Below, in pieces: positions 8,180-15,110 of a stretch of DNA of 45,893 bases. Location: assembly GCA_964347735.1 (NCBI GenBank), contig CAYFZV010000001.1, positions 1-45,893 on the forward strand, read 5' to 3'. Under the pieces are notes generated by a model. The model did no database searches, was not told the DNA's origin, and worked only from the letters and a program-made list of their open reading frames with translations. Origin of the DNA: an uncultured Gammaproteobacteria bacterium (lineage in GTDB: Bacteria > Patescibacteriota > Patescibacteriia > SG8-24 > DYFX01). Position 1 is the stretch's first letter, and each line of letters opens with the position of its first letter. Both the position numbers and the translations under genes were made by a program.

Positions 8180-9910
8180 CTATTCGCCGTGCGAATGCCC
8201 GTGGCCGTCGCCCGCCTCCGTCGGCTCCGCTTCCCGCGCTTCAGCGGTCGCATTGACCGATTGCCCGGTTTTCAGAGTGCTCTCCGCGCGCGCCACGAAC
8301 CGGTCACCGTTTTGCAGACCTTCAAGCGCCTCGACACGGTCGCCGAGCGTGCGCCCGATCAGGACCGGCTGTGGCCGGATGACGCCGTTCTCCATCACCA
8401 ACCAGACATGCGTCGCGTCTTCTTCATCCTTCCAAACGGCGCCAAGCGGAACGAGAACCGCCGACGAAGCACGGGCTTTCGGAATGACGCGCACCGAAGC
8501 ATGCACCGGCCAATCGGTCGGACTCAAGAATTCTGCATCAGCGGCGTACGAACCGTTTTCATCAAGCGACGCGCCGACGCCGACAACCTTCGCATCGATG
8601 CCGGCAAACGCGCGGCCCGGCCGCTCGATGACCACCGTATCTCCGACGGCAGGCGGCACGAGGTCGCCGGGCACCTTGAAACGCACGAACGCGCCAGCGT
8701 CTCGGGGAGCGCCGACGGACGCGACGACGTCTTCTGGCGTAACATGATCACCGACGTTCTTGCGGATCGACGATACGACGCCGGAACGGGACGCAATGAT
8801 GTTCTGCCCCGCGACGCCCGCGGCGAGCGTGGCATAGCCCACTGCGGCGGCTTCCGCCTCGGCCCGCGCCTCAAACACGTCGCGCTCGAGTTCGGCGACC
8901 TGCGCATCGAGCTCGGATTTCTGCACGGCGATTTCTTTTTCGGTTTCAACCGTGATCTTCGGAATCTCGGACGCCCTGGACTTTTCTGCCGCGAGCGCCT
9001 GCTGGTATGCATCGAGCGCGTCAAGGAACGCCTCCTGATCTGCCAGCGCCGCTTCGCGAAGATCGGCAAGGCTTTCCTGCGTCATATCGCCGATTGCGGC
9101 ACTGCCGGACAGCAATGCTTGCAAGACTTTGCTGTATGCGAGGCCTTCTTTTTCAGGGATCGAAGACGGGTCTTTCAGGCCCGCAAGGAGCGCAGCCAGC
9201 GCTGATCGGTAAGCCTGCTGGACGCCATCGCTATAGACGCCGATACCCCACTTGAACTGAAAGCTCGCCGCGTCGTCTGCCGTCGCCGGGCTGCTTCCGC
9301 TGCGGGATGCGAGACCGGCCGTGCGGTACGCAAGGCGCTCAAGAGAGGCCCGGAGCATCTGCCGCTTCAATGGCACGGCGGCGGCAGCCTGTTCTGCGTC
9401 AATGCGCGAAGTGGCGATTCCGGCATCTCGTGTTTTATCAAGCACCGCCTTCAACTGCTCCAATCGTTCTGAAGAATCTCGAGCGATCTTTTCCGCGGCT
9501 TCGGCGGCCGCTCGCACTCTGGCGACGGCCTGAGCGCGTTCCGCGAGCGCCGACGAGAGCTCAAGGCTGGCCGGAGGAGGCGAGAGACGGCCCAGCACTT
9601 GCCCGGCGTAGACGCGCTGACCGAGCCGCACGCGCCATTCCGAGATCTGCCCCTCGCGCAGCGGATGTACCGAGACGTCCGAAAGCGAAAGTATTTCTCC
9701 CGACCACGACACATTCCCATCGGCCAATCCGGCCATCGCGCCGTCCGATGCGGTTTCAACCAGAACGCTGGTTGCTTGCGCAGCTTCCGTTTCCGTATGT
9801 GCAGCTTCGTCATCGTGTCCTGCGCTGGCCAGCGCCAGGCTTAGGCTCACGCCGCCAAAGACGGCCGCAAGCGCGAGGCTGGCGGCGATAATTTTGTATT
9901 TCGATTGCAT
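8180..9910 (-). CDS. membrane-fusion (periplasmic adaptor, HlyD/CusB-like) protein with a ~250-aa insert between the lipoyl half-motifs and a His-rich tail
   Basis: Split lipoyl halves (VHPLREGQISEWRVRLGQRVYAGQVLGRL and IIASRSGVVSSIRKNVGDHVTPEDVVASV). A beta-barrel/MP region follows (AVLVPLGAVWKDEEDATHVWLVMENGVI..GLQNGDRFV). C-terminus is GDGHGHSHGE. Start set at the ATG at 9910 (MQSKYKIIAASLALAAVFGG), 4 nt after the upstream stop. The track start at 10018 would overlap that gene. Confidence 0.8.
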   Translation of the reverse strand: MQSKYKIIAASLALAAVFGGVSLSLALASAGHDDEAAHTETEAAQATSVLVETASDGAMAGLADGNVSWSGEILSLSDVSVHPLREGQISEWRVRLGQRVYAGQVLGRLSPPPASLELSSALAERAQAVARVRAAAEAAEKIARDSSERLEQLKAVLDKTRDAGIATSRIDAEQAAAAVPLKRQMLRASLERLAYRTAGLASRSGSSPATADDAASFQFKWGIGVYSDGVQQAYRSALAALLAGLKDPSSIPEKEGLAYSKVLQALLSGSAAIGDMTQESLADLREAALADQEAFLDALDAYQQALAAEKSRASEIPKITVETEKEIAVQKSELDAQVAELERDVFEARAEAEAAAVGYATLAAGVAGQNIIASRSGVVSSIRKNVGDHVTPEDVVASVGAPRDAGAFVRFKVPGDLVPPAVGDTVVIERPGRAFAGIDAKVVGVGASLDENGSYAADAEFLSPTDWPVHASVRVIPKARASSAVLVPLGAVWKDEEDATHVWLVMENGVIRPQPVLIGRTLGDRVEALEGLQNGDRFVARAESTLKTGQSVNATAEAREAEPTEAGDGHGHSHGE

Positions 9911-9914
9911 AGCT

Positions 9915-10817
9915 TTAGTGGTGTACGCCGGAATCCTTCGCGCCAGCGTCGCCTTTATCATGTACGTCAACCGTGATCGGGAACGTGCGCACCGTTCCTT
10001 TGACGTTGAATTGCGCATAGAGCGTGTAGCGCCCAGTTACAGGAAAGACGGCGTCGAACTGGACGCGGCCGTCCGCGGGCTTGGTTTCTGTTACCGGGTG
10101 GACATGAAAGAAGTCATCGACGTCTCCGTGCCGGAGAAGGACGACGTGACCGTAGGCTCCAAGATACGGATCGATATTCGCGGCCGGCTTTCCGTTCTCG
10201 GTCACGACGAACGTCAGGCGCGTTTCGTCGCCGGACTTCAATGCACGGGCAACATCCAGCGCAACGCGATATGCGCCGTCATCGGCCGACATGGCGGCGT
10301 TCGGAACGGGCGGATTCTTCTTGGCCGTCGGTCCGCCGATCGTGAGCGGCACGCGCAGCACGGTCGGTTCTTCCTCTTCCGGATCGATGTCGACGTACAT
10401 CTGATAGTGACCGGCTTCAGGCACATTGACGCTCACCGTCCACTTTTCTTTCTTGTAATCAGGATGCACGTGCTGAAAGCCCTGCATGTCGTCACGGACG
10501 AGAAGAAGGTGCATCTTCTTTTCGTGAGCAAGCGTGAGATCGTTCGGACCGAACGCATGGCCATCAAGCCCGTACAGCTTGAAGCTGAGATCGACGCTAT
10601 CGGGCTTCAAGTTGTTCTTGCCGTCCAGGGCGATGCGGGAACCGGCAGCCACGGCCAGATGTTCCGTGTCGCCATGATCCGAAGTATCGCTGGTGGTTCC
10701 GGAGGGTGCCGAGGTGTCCAATCCGTTTGCGTTTTGATTCGCCGGCGCCGCCGTACCGGCGCAGCCTGCGCCGATCAGCAGAAGAATGGCGGCAATCGTA
10801 AGTGCGCGATATGTCAT
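9915..10817 (-). CDS. putative lipoprotein with two tandem beta-sandwich-like modules, each carrying an H-x-HP His motif (candidate metal-binding)
   Basis: MTYRALTIAAILLLIGAGC is a signal sequence with a lipobox-like site. There is an internal duplication: KKMHLLLVRDDMQGFQHVHP and YGHVVLLRHGDVDDFFHVHP. C-terminal GVHH. The track start is a GTG at 10877, so the true start is uncertain. Confidence 0.7.
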   Translation of the reverse strand: MTYRALTIAAILLLIGAGCAGTAAPANQNANGLDTSAPSGTTSDTSDHGDTEHLAVAAGSRIALDGKNNLKPDSVDLSFKLYGLDGHAFGPNDLTLAHEKKMHLLLVRDDMQGFQHVHPDYKKEKWTVSVNVPEAGHYQMYVDIDPEEEEPTVLRVPLTIGGPTAKKNPPVPNAAMSADDGAYRVALDVARALKSGDETRLTFVVTENGKPAANIDPYLGAYGHVVLLRHGDVDDFFHVHPVTETKPADGRVQFDAVFPVTGRYTLYAQFNVKGTVRTFPITVDVHDKGDAGAKDSGVHH

Positions 10818-10884
10818 AGGAGATAAGAGTGCGTGAACAAAAAAACCGAGGACGCGAAACCTGTTCGCGTCATTCACGCAACGA

Positions 10885-11226
10885 TCAACATCTCATGACG
10901 ACCGGATCCCGGGATGACGGTTTGGGCGGCGATGCGCTCTTGCTTGCGAAGAAGTGCTGATTCGAAATTGCAACCGTCACGATGTCCAAAACGGGCAACA
11001 CGGCCATATGCGGATGATCCTGTAACGGTCGATATCCGCCCACGTTCGAATTGGCGACCTCGACGCCGTCACTACAATGATCAAGATCGAGATGGTGGTC
11101 GAGGCTTATGCGGTCATCATGCGCATGGACAGCTTCGTCAAAATGCGGCATGCAGAAAGACAGGCCCGTCGCGACGAAGACGGCAGCGAGGAGAGCCGCG
11201 ACAATGTGTTTTGGGCCTTTTGGCAT
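10885..11226 (-). CDS. small secreted His/Asp-rich protein
   Basis: MPKGPKHIVAALLAAVFVATGLSF signal-like N-terminus, then HFDEAVHAHDDRISLDHHLDLDH. First gene of the efflux operon. Start at 11226 or 11247. Confidence 0.55.
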   Translation of the reverse strand: MPKGPKHIVAALLAAVFVATGLSFCMPHFDEAVHAHDDRISLDHHLDLDHCSDGVEVANSNVGGYRPLQDHPHMAVLPVLDIVTVAISNQHFFASKSASPPKPSSRDPVVMRC

Positions 11227-11232
11227 AGCGTC

Positions 11233-11262
11233 ACTATATATCTGCATAGAGACAGGTGTCGA
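11233..11262 (-). promoter_or_regulatory. candidate operon promoter TCGACA-18-TATAGT, -10 ends 6 nt before the ATG at 11226
   Basis: Minus-strand read: ccTCGACAcctgtctctatgcagataTATAGTgacgctATG. Confidence 0.4.
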
Positions 11263-11309
11263 GGTGCATTCTTACGAGGCAGTGAATACACAATCCTGCT
11301 CTTCAGCGA

Positions 11310-11343
11310 AACAACAAATAGGCCGTGAGGCCTCTTTGTTGTT
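11310..11343. terminator. 15-bp hairpin (one mismatch), possible insulator or terminator upstream of the efflux operon
   Basis: aacaacaaataggcc-gtga-ggcctctttgttgtt. Confidence 0.4.
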
Positions 11344-11584
11344 ATTGTCCTATAAAGCAACTTGAGCTTGGGGGGGGCGCTGATAGCCGGGGCATGAATG
11401 CGAATTAGCCGACTCCTGCAGCGCACGATTTGACGTGTTCGCTATTCGCCGTTCCGATCGACGAAATTCGGCGCTTTCTTCCAAATCAAAGCAAAAGGCG
11501 CCGCTAGTTTGCGACGCCTTTGTGCGTGGCTGTCGAACTTTCGACCGTTCTTACGGCTGCCCTGCCGGACCGCTCCTCAACAAT

Positions 11585-11686
11585 GGTGCCCCATTATTAA
11601 AGTTCGTTTGCCCACGGACGGTCCAGCGCTGACAGTTTTATCGACAGAAGATTGCGACGCAATTTGGTGCCCATATTGATGCCCAC
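11585..11686 (+). repeat. GGTGCCC(A)-type motif copies at the right island end, same orientation as the left set
   Basis: GGTGCCCca at 11585, tttGCCCAcgg at 11607, tttGGTGCCCAtattgaTGCCCAcga at 11663-11688. The last aligns at about 21 of 27 positions with 4781-4807. Confidence 0.7.
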
Positions 11687-11795
11687 GATGCTGTAGAGCC
11701 GGAACTCTTCGCCTTAATTCAAGAGCATTCGTTGTAACAGCGATTTCGCAAATGCTCCGCTAATTTAAGCTTGAATCATCGGTTTGCTGGGCCGT

Positions 11796-11818
11796 TTCGA
11801 CTCCTTCAGCGCCCACCA
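11796..11818 (+). repeat. right copy of the 23-nt direct repeat (putative attR; displaced tRNA-Val 3' fragment)
   Basis: ttcgactccttcagcgcccacca. No tRNA body lies upstream of it. Confidence 0.85.
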
Positions 11819-11903
11819 GAAAGCACTCATCCCACTCACGGGCTGGGTGTTTTCTTTATGGAAGCTTTTTCTTCTTCTCCTTTCCTCTTATACTGAACCT
11901 ACT

Positions 11904-13064
11904 ATGAGGTTCTCACTGCGCCTACCTTTAGCTCTTGTGCTGACCTTCGGGGCTTTAGCGACTTTTTCGCTTCCCGTTTCGGCCCAGCAAGACGGACTCT
12001 CGCTTCCTCCTGATGAATACGTGCGCGCTAAAGTACTTTCTGTCGAGGAAAAGGGTTCGCGTGTCGACGCGTTGGGCGAGACGGATCGCCTGACCGACTA
12101 TCGCGTGCGGCTCCTGAACGGAGCGGAAAAGGGGCAGGAGATCGGCATCGAGGCCAGCGCCATGGGCGTCAAAAGCACCCAGCGCGTGATCAAAGCCGGT
12201 GACGTCGTCGTGGTCGTAAGAAGCGTGCAGGTCGACGGCAGCGTGCGCTGGTACATCGCCGACAATTACCGGCTGCCGACGTTGTTCTGGCTCACCGTCG
12301 GATTCTTCATCCTGGCCGTGCTGTTCGGAGGCTGGCGGGGCTTCACGTCCATGCTCGGTCTGGCGGCTAGCGTTTTCATCATTCTCGGCTACATCGTGCC
12401 GCAGATCCTTGGCGGCGGGAATCCGTTCCACGCGACGCTCATCGGCACGTTCGCGATCGCCGCCCTCTCGCTCTACCTCGCGCACGGTTTCAACAAACGT
12501 ACGTCCATCGCTTTCGCCGGCACGCTCATCACCCTGGTGCTCTCGGCGCTCTTCGCCGCTCTGGCCGTTTCTCTCGCGCGCATGAACGGTTTCGGCAACG
12601 AACAATCCCTCTATCTGCAAAACGGCGACTTCGGCGCGATCGACCTGCGAGGACTCCTGCTCGGCGGCATCATGCTGGGCGTCCTCGGCGTGCTCGACGA
12701 CATCACGACGGCGCAATCGGCCGTTGTCGACGAATTGAAGCGCGCGAATCCCAGTCTCTCTTTCCACGAACTCTACCGCCGTGCCCTTTCCGTCGGACGC
12801 GAACACATCGCTTCGCTGGTGAACACGCTCTTCCTCGCCTACGCCGGCGCGTCGCTCCCCCTCTTCCTGCTGTTCTCCGTCTATAAGGATCAGCCGGTCT
12901 GGTTTTTGCTGAACAATGAAGTCATCTCGGAAGAAATCGTCAGAACGCTGGTCGGCAGCGTCTGCCTGATTCTCGCAGTTCCGATCACGACGGCGCTCGC
13001 AGCCTGGGTCTTCGGAAAAACGGGCGCGGACGAAAAAGCCGCACCACACACCCACGTCCATTAA
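11904..13064 (+). CDS. YibE/F-family integral membrane protein
   Basis: Signal-like MRFSLRLPLALVLTFGALATFSLPVSA, then an extracytoplasmic domain and multi-TM region. LGVLDDITTAQSAVVDEL..REHIASLVNTLFLAYAGASLPLFLL is typical of YibE/F. The track start at 11784 (TTG) runs through the att repeat and is rejected. Confidence 0.78.
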   Translation: MRFSLRLPLALVLTFGALATFSLPVSAQQDGLSLPPDEYVRAKVLSVEEKGSRVDALGETDRLTDYRVRLLNGAEKGQEIGIEASAMGVKSTQRVIKAGDVVVVVRSVQVDGSVRWYIADNYRLPTLFWLTVGFFILAVLFGGWRGFTSMLGLAASVFIILGYIVPQILGGGNPFHATLIGTFAIAALSLYLAHGFNKRTSIAFAGTLITLVLSALFAALAVSLARMNGFGNEQSLYLQNGDFGAIDLRGLLLGGIMLGVLGVLDDITTAQSAVVDELKRANPSLSFHELYRRALSVGREHIASLVNTLFLAYAGASLPLFLLFSVYKDQPVWFLLNNEVISEEIVRTLVGSVCLILAVPITTALAAWVFGKTGADEKAAPHTHVH

Positions 13065-13084
13065 AAGAAAAACCGCCATCCTCG

Positions 13085-13756
13085 TCAGAGTGTGGCGGAA
13101 AAAGCTTTTTCGATTTCGGCCGGAGTCATACCGAGCTTGAGATCGGCGTGCCTGAGGCACTCTTTCAAGTGACCCAGGGTCTTGTGGCCGAAGTTCCTCC
13201 ACTTCAGCACATCCTTGGCTTTCAGGGCGACCAGGTCCCGTATCGAACCGACGCCATACGCTCTCTGCAGCCGGAGCGTATCCGCCATCCTGGCCGTGAA
13301 CCAGTTCTCGTACCCCTCGAGATCGATCAGTGGATCGATGTATTCCGCACCAGCATCCAGCAGGCGCTGACGGAGAAGAACGGGATTACGCTCATGGCGC
13401 GCCTTCGCCTCTTCGACAAGCTTGCCGCGCACGTTTTTCCAACTCACGACGGTCACGTCCGACGAGATCGTGATCTGCGGGTAGTATGCGAGCAAACCGC
13501 GCACCATGTTTTCTTGCCCGTCGAAACCAGCTCGCGTCCGCTCATCTTCCTGCACCTCACCCAGCGTGCAGTGTCGCACCTCGGTGATGTCGGCCATCAC
13601 GGCCCAAGGAGCCTCCGGACACCCCAGCAGCACCGGGCTCTCCGCGCGGTACTCACGATGACCTTCGCGGATCGAACAGGTCTGTTCACCAAGCATGATC
13701 GCTCGGCGCAAGTAGCCATCAGGCGCCACCAAAAGGGCATAGAGCGGATTTCTCAT
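13085..13756 (-). CDS. fusion protein: N-terminal ASCH (YqfB-like) domain plus C-terminal RNA polymerase alpha-CTD-like helix-hairpin-helix domain
   Basis: The N-terminal part aligns by eye with E. coli YqfB (IMLGEQTCSIREGH..ITEVRHCTLGEV..YYPQI..VVSWK). The C-terminal IRDLVALKAKDVLKWRNFGHKTLGHLKECLRHADLKLGM matches E. coli alpha-CTD [45 protein letters not shown] lies 5 nt before the second ATG (13756); the first ATG is at 13759. Confidence 0.75.
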   Translation of the reverse strand: MRNPLYALLVAPDGYLRRAIMLGEQTCSIREGHREYRAESPVLLGCPEAPWAVMADITEVRHCTLGEVQEDERTRAGFDGQENMVRGLLAYYPQITISSDVTVVSWKNVRGKLVEEAKARHERNPVLLRQRLLDAGAEYIDPLIDLEGYENWFTARMADTLRLQRAYGVGSIRDLVALKAKDVLKWRNFGHKTLGHLKECLRHADLKLGMTPAEIEKAFSATL

Positions 13757-13773
13757 CATTTCCTCCTGACCGG

Positions 13774-13802
13774 AAGCTAGCTCCAAAATGCCGGATTGTC
13801 AA
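13774..13802 (-). promoter_or_regulatory. candidate promoter TTGACA-17-TAGCTT for the ASCH-alphaCTD gene
   Basis: Minus-strand read: cTTGACAatccggcattttggagcTAGCTT. The first 19 nt recur, with a 1-nt indel, at 16208-16227 on the plus strand. Confidence 0.5.
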
Positions 13803-13806
13803 GATT

Positions 13807-13830
13807 AAAAAAACCGACCTCACGGGTCGG
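13807..13830 (-). terminator. intrinsic terminator overlapping the stop codon of the CHC2 gene
   Basis: Minus-strand read: ccgacc-cgtga-ggtcgg followed by ttttttt. Confidence 0.6.
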
Positions 13831-14209
13831 GAAGGGGCAGAGGAAGCTGTGTCGTCGTGACGGGCGGTTCAAGGCTTTTGAAGAACGCGTCCATTTCGGA
13901 CTTCTTGATCGCGCCGAAGTTCGAATTCCAGCGTTCGCCTTGAAGCTCGTCAAAGACGAACCCTGCAATGTCGCCGTCTCTGTGGCCTCGATGGCATCCG
14001 TGACAGAGGTAACTGCCGTTGGGCCAGAAGTGAAGGGACGGGCTCTTCTCGCCGTGGTACCGGCAGAGAATGATGATCTTGCCCGACGGTTTCGTCCGGA
14101 ACGCGATGCCGAGCTTGGTCAGCACCTGCTCCCATCGGAACCGTTCGCGGATCTCCCGTCGGTAGTCAGGGTCGATCTCGCTGGTCCTGCACCATTCGAT
14201 GTCGCTCAT
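13820..14209 (-). CDS. stand-alone CHC2 (primase-type) zinc-finger protein, 129 aa
   Basis: CRYHGEKSPSLHFWPNGSYLCHGCHRGHRDGDIAGFV matches the DnaG zinc-binding pattern CPFH.EKTPSF....(Y/F).CFGCG..GD.I.F. No TOPRIM part follows. ATG at 14209 is preceded by GGAGGTG. Confidence 0.75.
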   Translation of the reverse strand: MSDIEWCRTSEIDPDYRREIRERFRWEQVLTKLGIAFRTKPSGKIIILCRYHGEKSPSLHFWPNGSYLCHGCHRGHRDGDIAGFVFDELQGERWNSNFGAIKKSEMDAFFKSLEPPVTTTQLPLPLPDP

Positions 14210-14318
14210 CGTTACGCACCTCCGAAAAAGGAATGGTTCCCGGCCCGTTGAAGCGCTCGACAGAGTCGAGAGAACTCCAAGGGCACGGGTTCCATGGCGC
14301 TTTTTTAGCAAAAATCTG

Positions 14319-15050
14319 TCAGTGCGTCAACAGCCCGAGGAGCGTCCGATAGCGTTCTTGCAGCCGAGGATTCGGTACGTGCGCGATCAGATGCTCAATG
14401 ACCTCCGGCGTCGGGACGAACTCCGCCAACCGGTTCGCTTCCCTGTTATAGGTGTAGATCGGCAACAGGCTGCCGGCTTTGATCCATAAAGAGGCGGCAT
14501 ACAATTTTGAAAGCACGCCGTCGAGCGCGAAAAAGCCGAGGATCGGCGACGGACCCGCGAAGCTGGCGTTGATCTCGTTCCAATCGTCGCGCGGATGCGC
14601 CAGGAGCGCAGCGTGCAATTCCCCGATCGTCGAGACTTGATGTTCGTTTTCGGCGACGAGCCGTCCGTCATGGTCCGTTTCGCTTTTACAATCGTTGACG
14701 GAGACGTGCTCGATATCAACGGAGGAAGGATCGAGGAGAATTCCCGTGCCGCGGCCGATCGCGTAGACCGACGTGCGGATGTCGGCGTGCATGTAGGTCG
14801 TTGAAAGATAGCGGACGCGGGATTCGCGGGCGATGTGCGCGAAGAGGTCGTCGATCTGTTCGGGATTCGCCATGTGCACGAGCACGCCTTCGTCCGCATG
14901 GAGACGCCTGATCCGCTCCGCTCTCTGTCGGGAACGATCATGCGAGAAAAACGTCGCGGCCAGTTCGTGAAACGTTTTTTCACCTAAAAATGTCTCGCGG
15001 GTGGCGAGAAACATGGGGTCGAGATGATCGTAGACATCAGCTGGCTGCAT
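14319..15050 (-). CDS. hypothetical protein (243 aa), no recognisable motif
   Basis: Track ORF with balanced, non-shadow-like composition. Confidence 0.65.
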   Translation of the reverse strand: MQPADVYDHLDPMFLATRETFLGEKTFHELAATFFSHDRSRQRAERIRRLHADEGVLVHMANPEQIDDLFAHIARESRVRYLSTTYMHADIRTSVYAIGRGTGILLDPSSVDIEHVSVNDCKSETDHDGRLVAENEHQVSTIGELHAALLAHPRDDWNEINASFAGPSPILGFFALDGVLSKLYAASLWIKAGSLLPIYTYNREANRLAEFVPTPEVIEHLIAHVPNPRLQERYRTLLGLLTH

Positions 15051-15054
15051 AGCA

Positions 15055-15082
15055 TTGACGGGCTTCCAGGGCGTATGATACT
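15055..15082 (+). promoter_or_regulatory. candidate promoter TTGACG-16-GATACT for the 15111 CDS
   Basis: caTTGACGggcttccagggcgtatGATACTacc. Confidence 0.35.
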
Positions 15083-15110
15083 ACCTTCTTGTTCTTGAAA
15101 GGAGGGGTCC

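Larger units (their letters stand above)
4715..11818. mobile_element. putative tRNA-Val-integrated genomic island (about 7.1 kb), integrase-less, carrying a metal-efflux-like operon
   Basis: Exact 23-nt direct repeat of the tRNA 3' end at both borders. Both non-coding end segments (about 50 % GC by hand count) carry same-orientation GGTGCCCA-type repeats. No recombinase ORF appears in any frame. Confidence 0.5.

Noticed and set aside
8132-10826. Plus-strand ORFs 8132..9205 (357 aa) and 9894..10826 (310 aa)
   Set aside because: They are antisense to the adaptor and lipoprotein genes of the efflux operon. Neither has a motif, and both have shadow composition.
11370-11377. G8 homopolymer as a possible phase-variation tract
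   Set aside because: It lies in non-coding DNA about 145 nt upstream of the operon start and outside the candidate promoter. Nothing in the sequence supports a switch.
4738-11795. Search for an integrase, excisionase or transposase inside the tRNA-Val island
   Set aside because: No ORF outside the four efflux genes exceeds about 100 aa, and none shows recombinase-like strings. I considered whether the GGTGCCCA repeat region encodes a remnant (frames read VPTVVPT or VGTTVGTNWAP). I could not tie it to any known integrase sequence.
11955-13202. 415-aa minus-strand ORF
   Set aside because: It is antisense to the YibE/F-like membrane protein gene. It is an extremely Arg/Glu/Asp-rich shadow frame.
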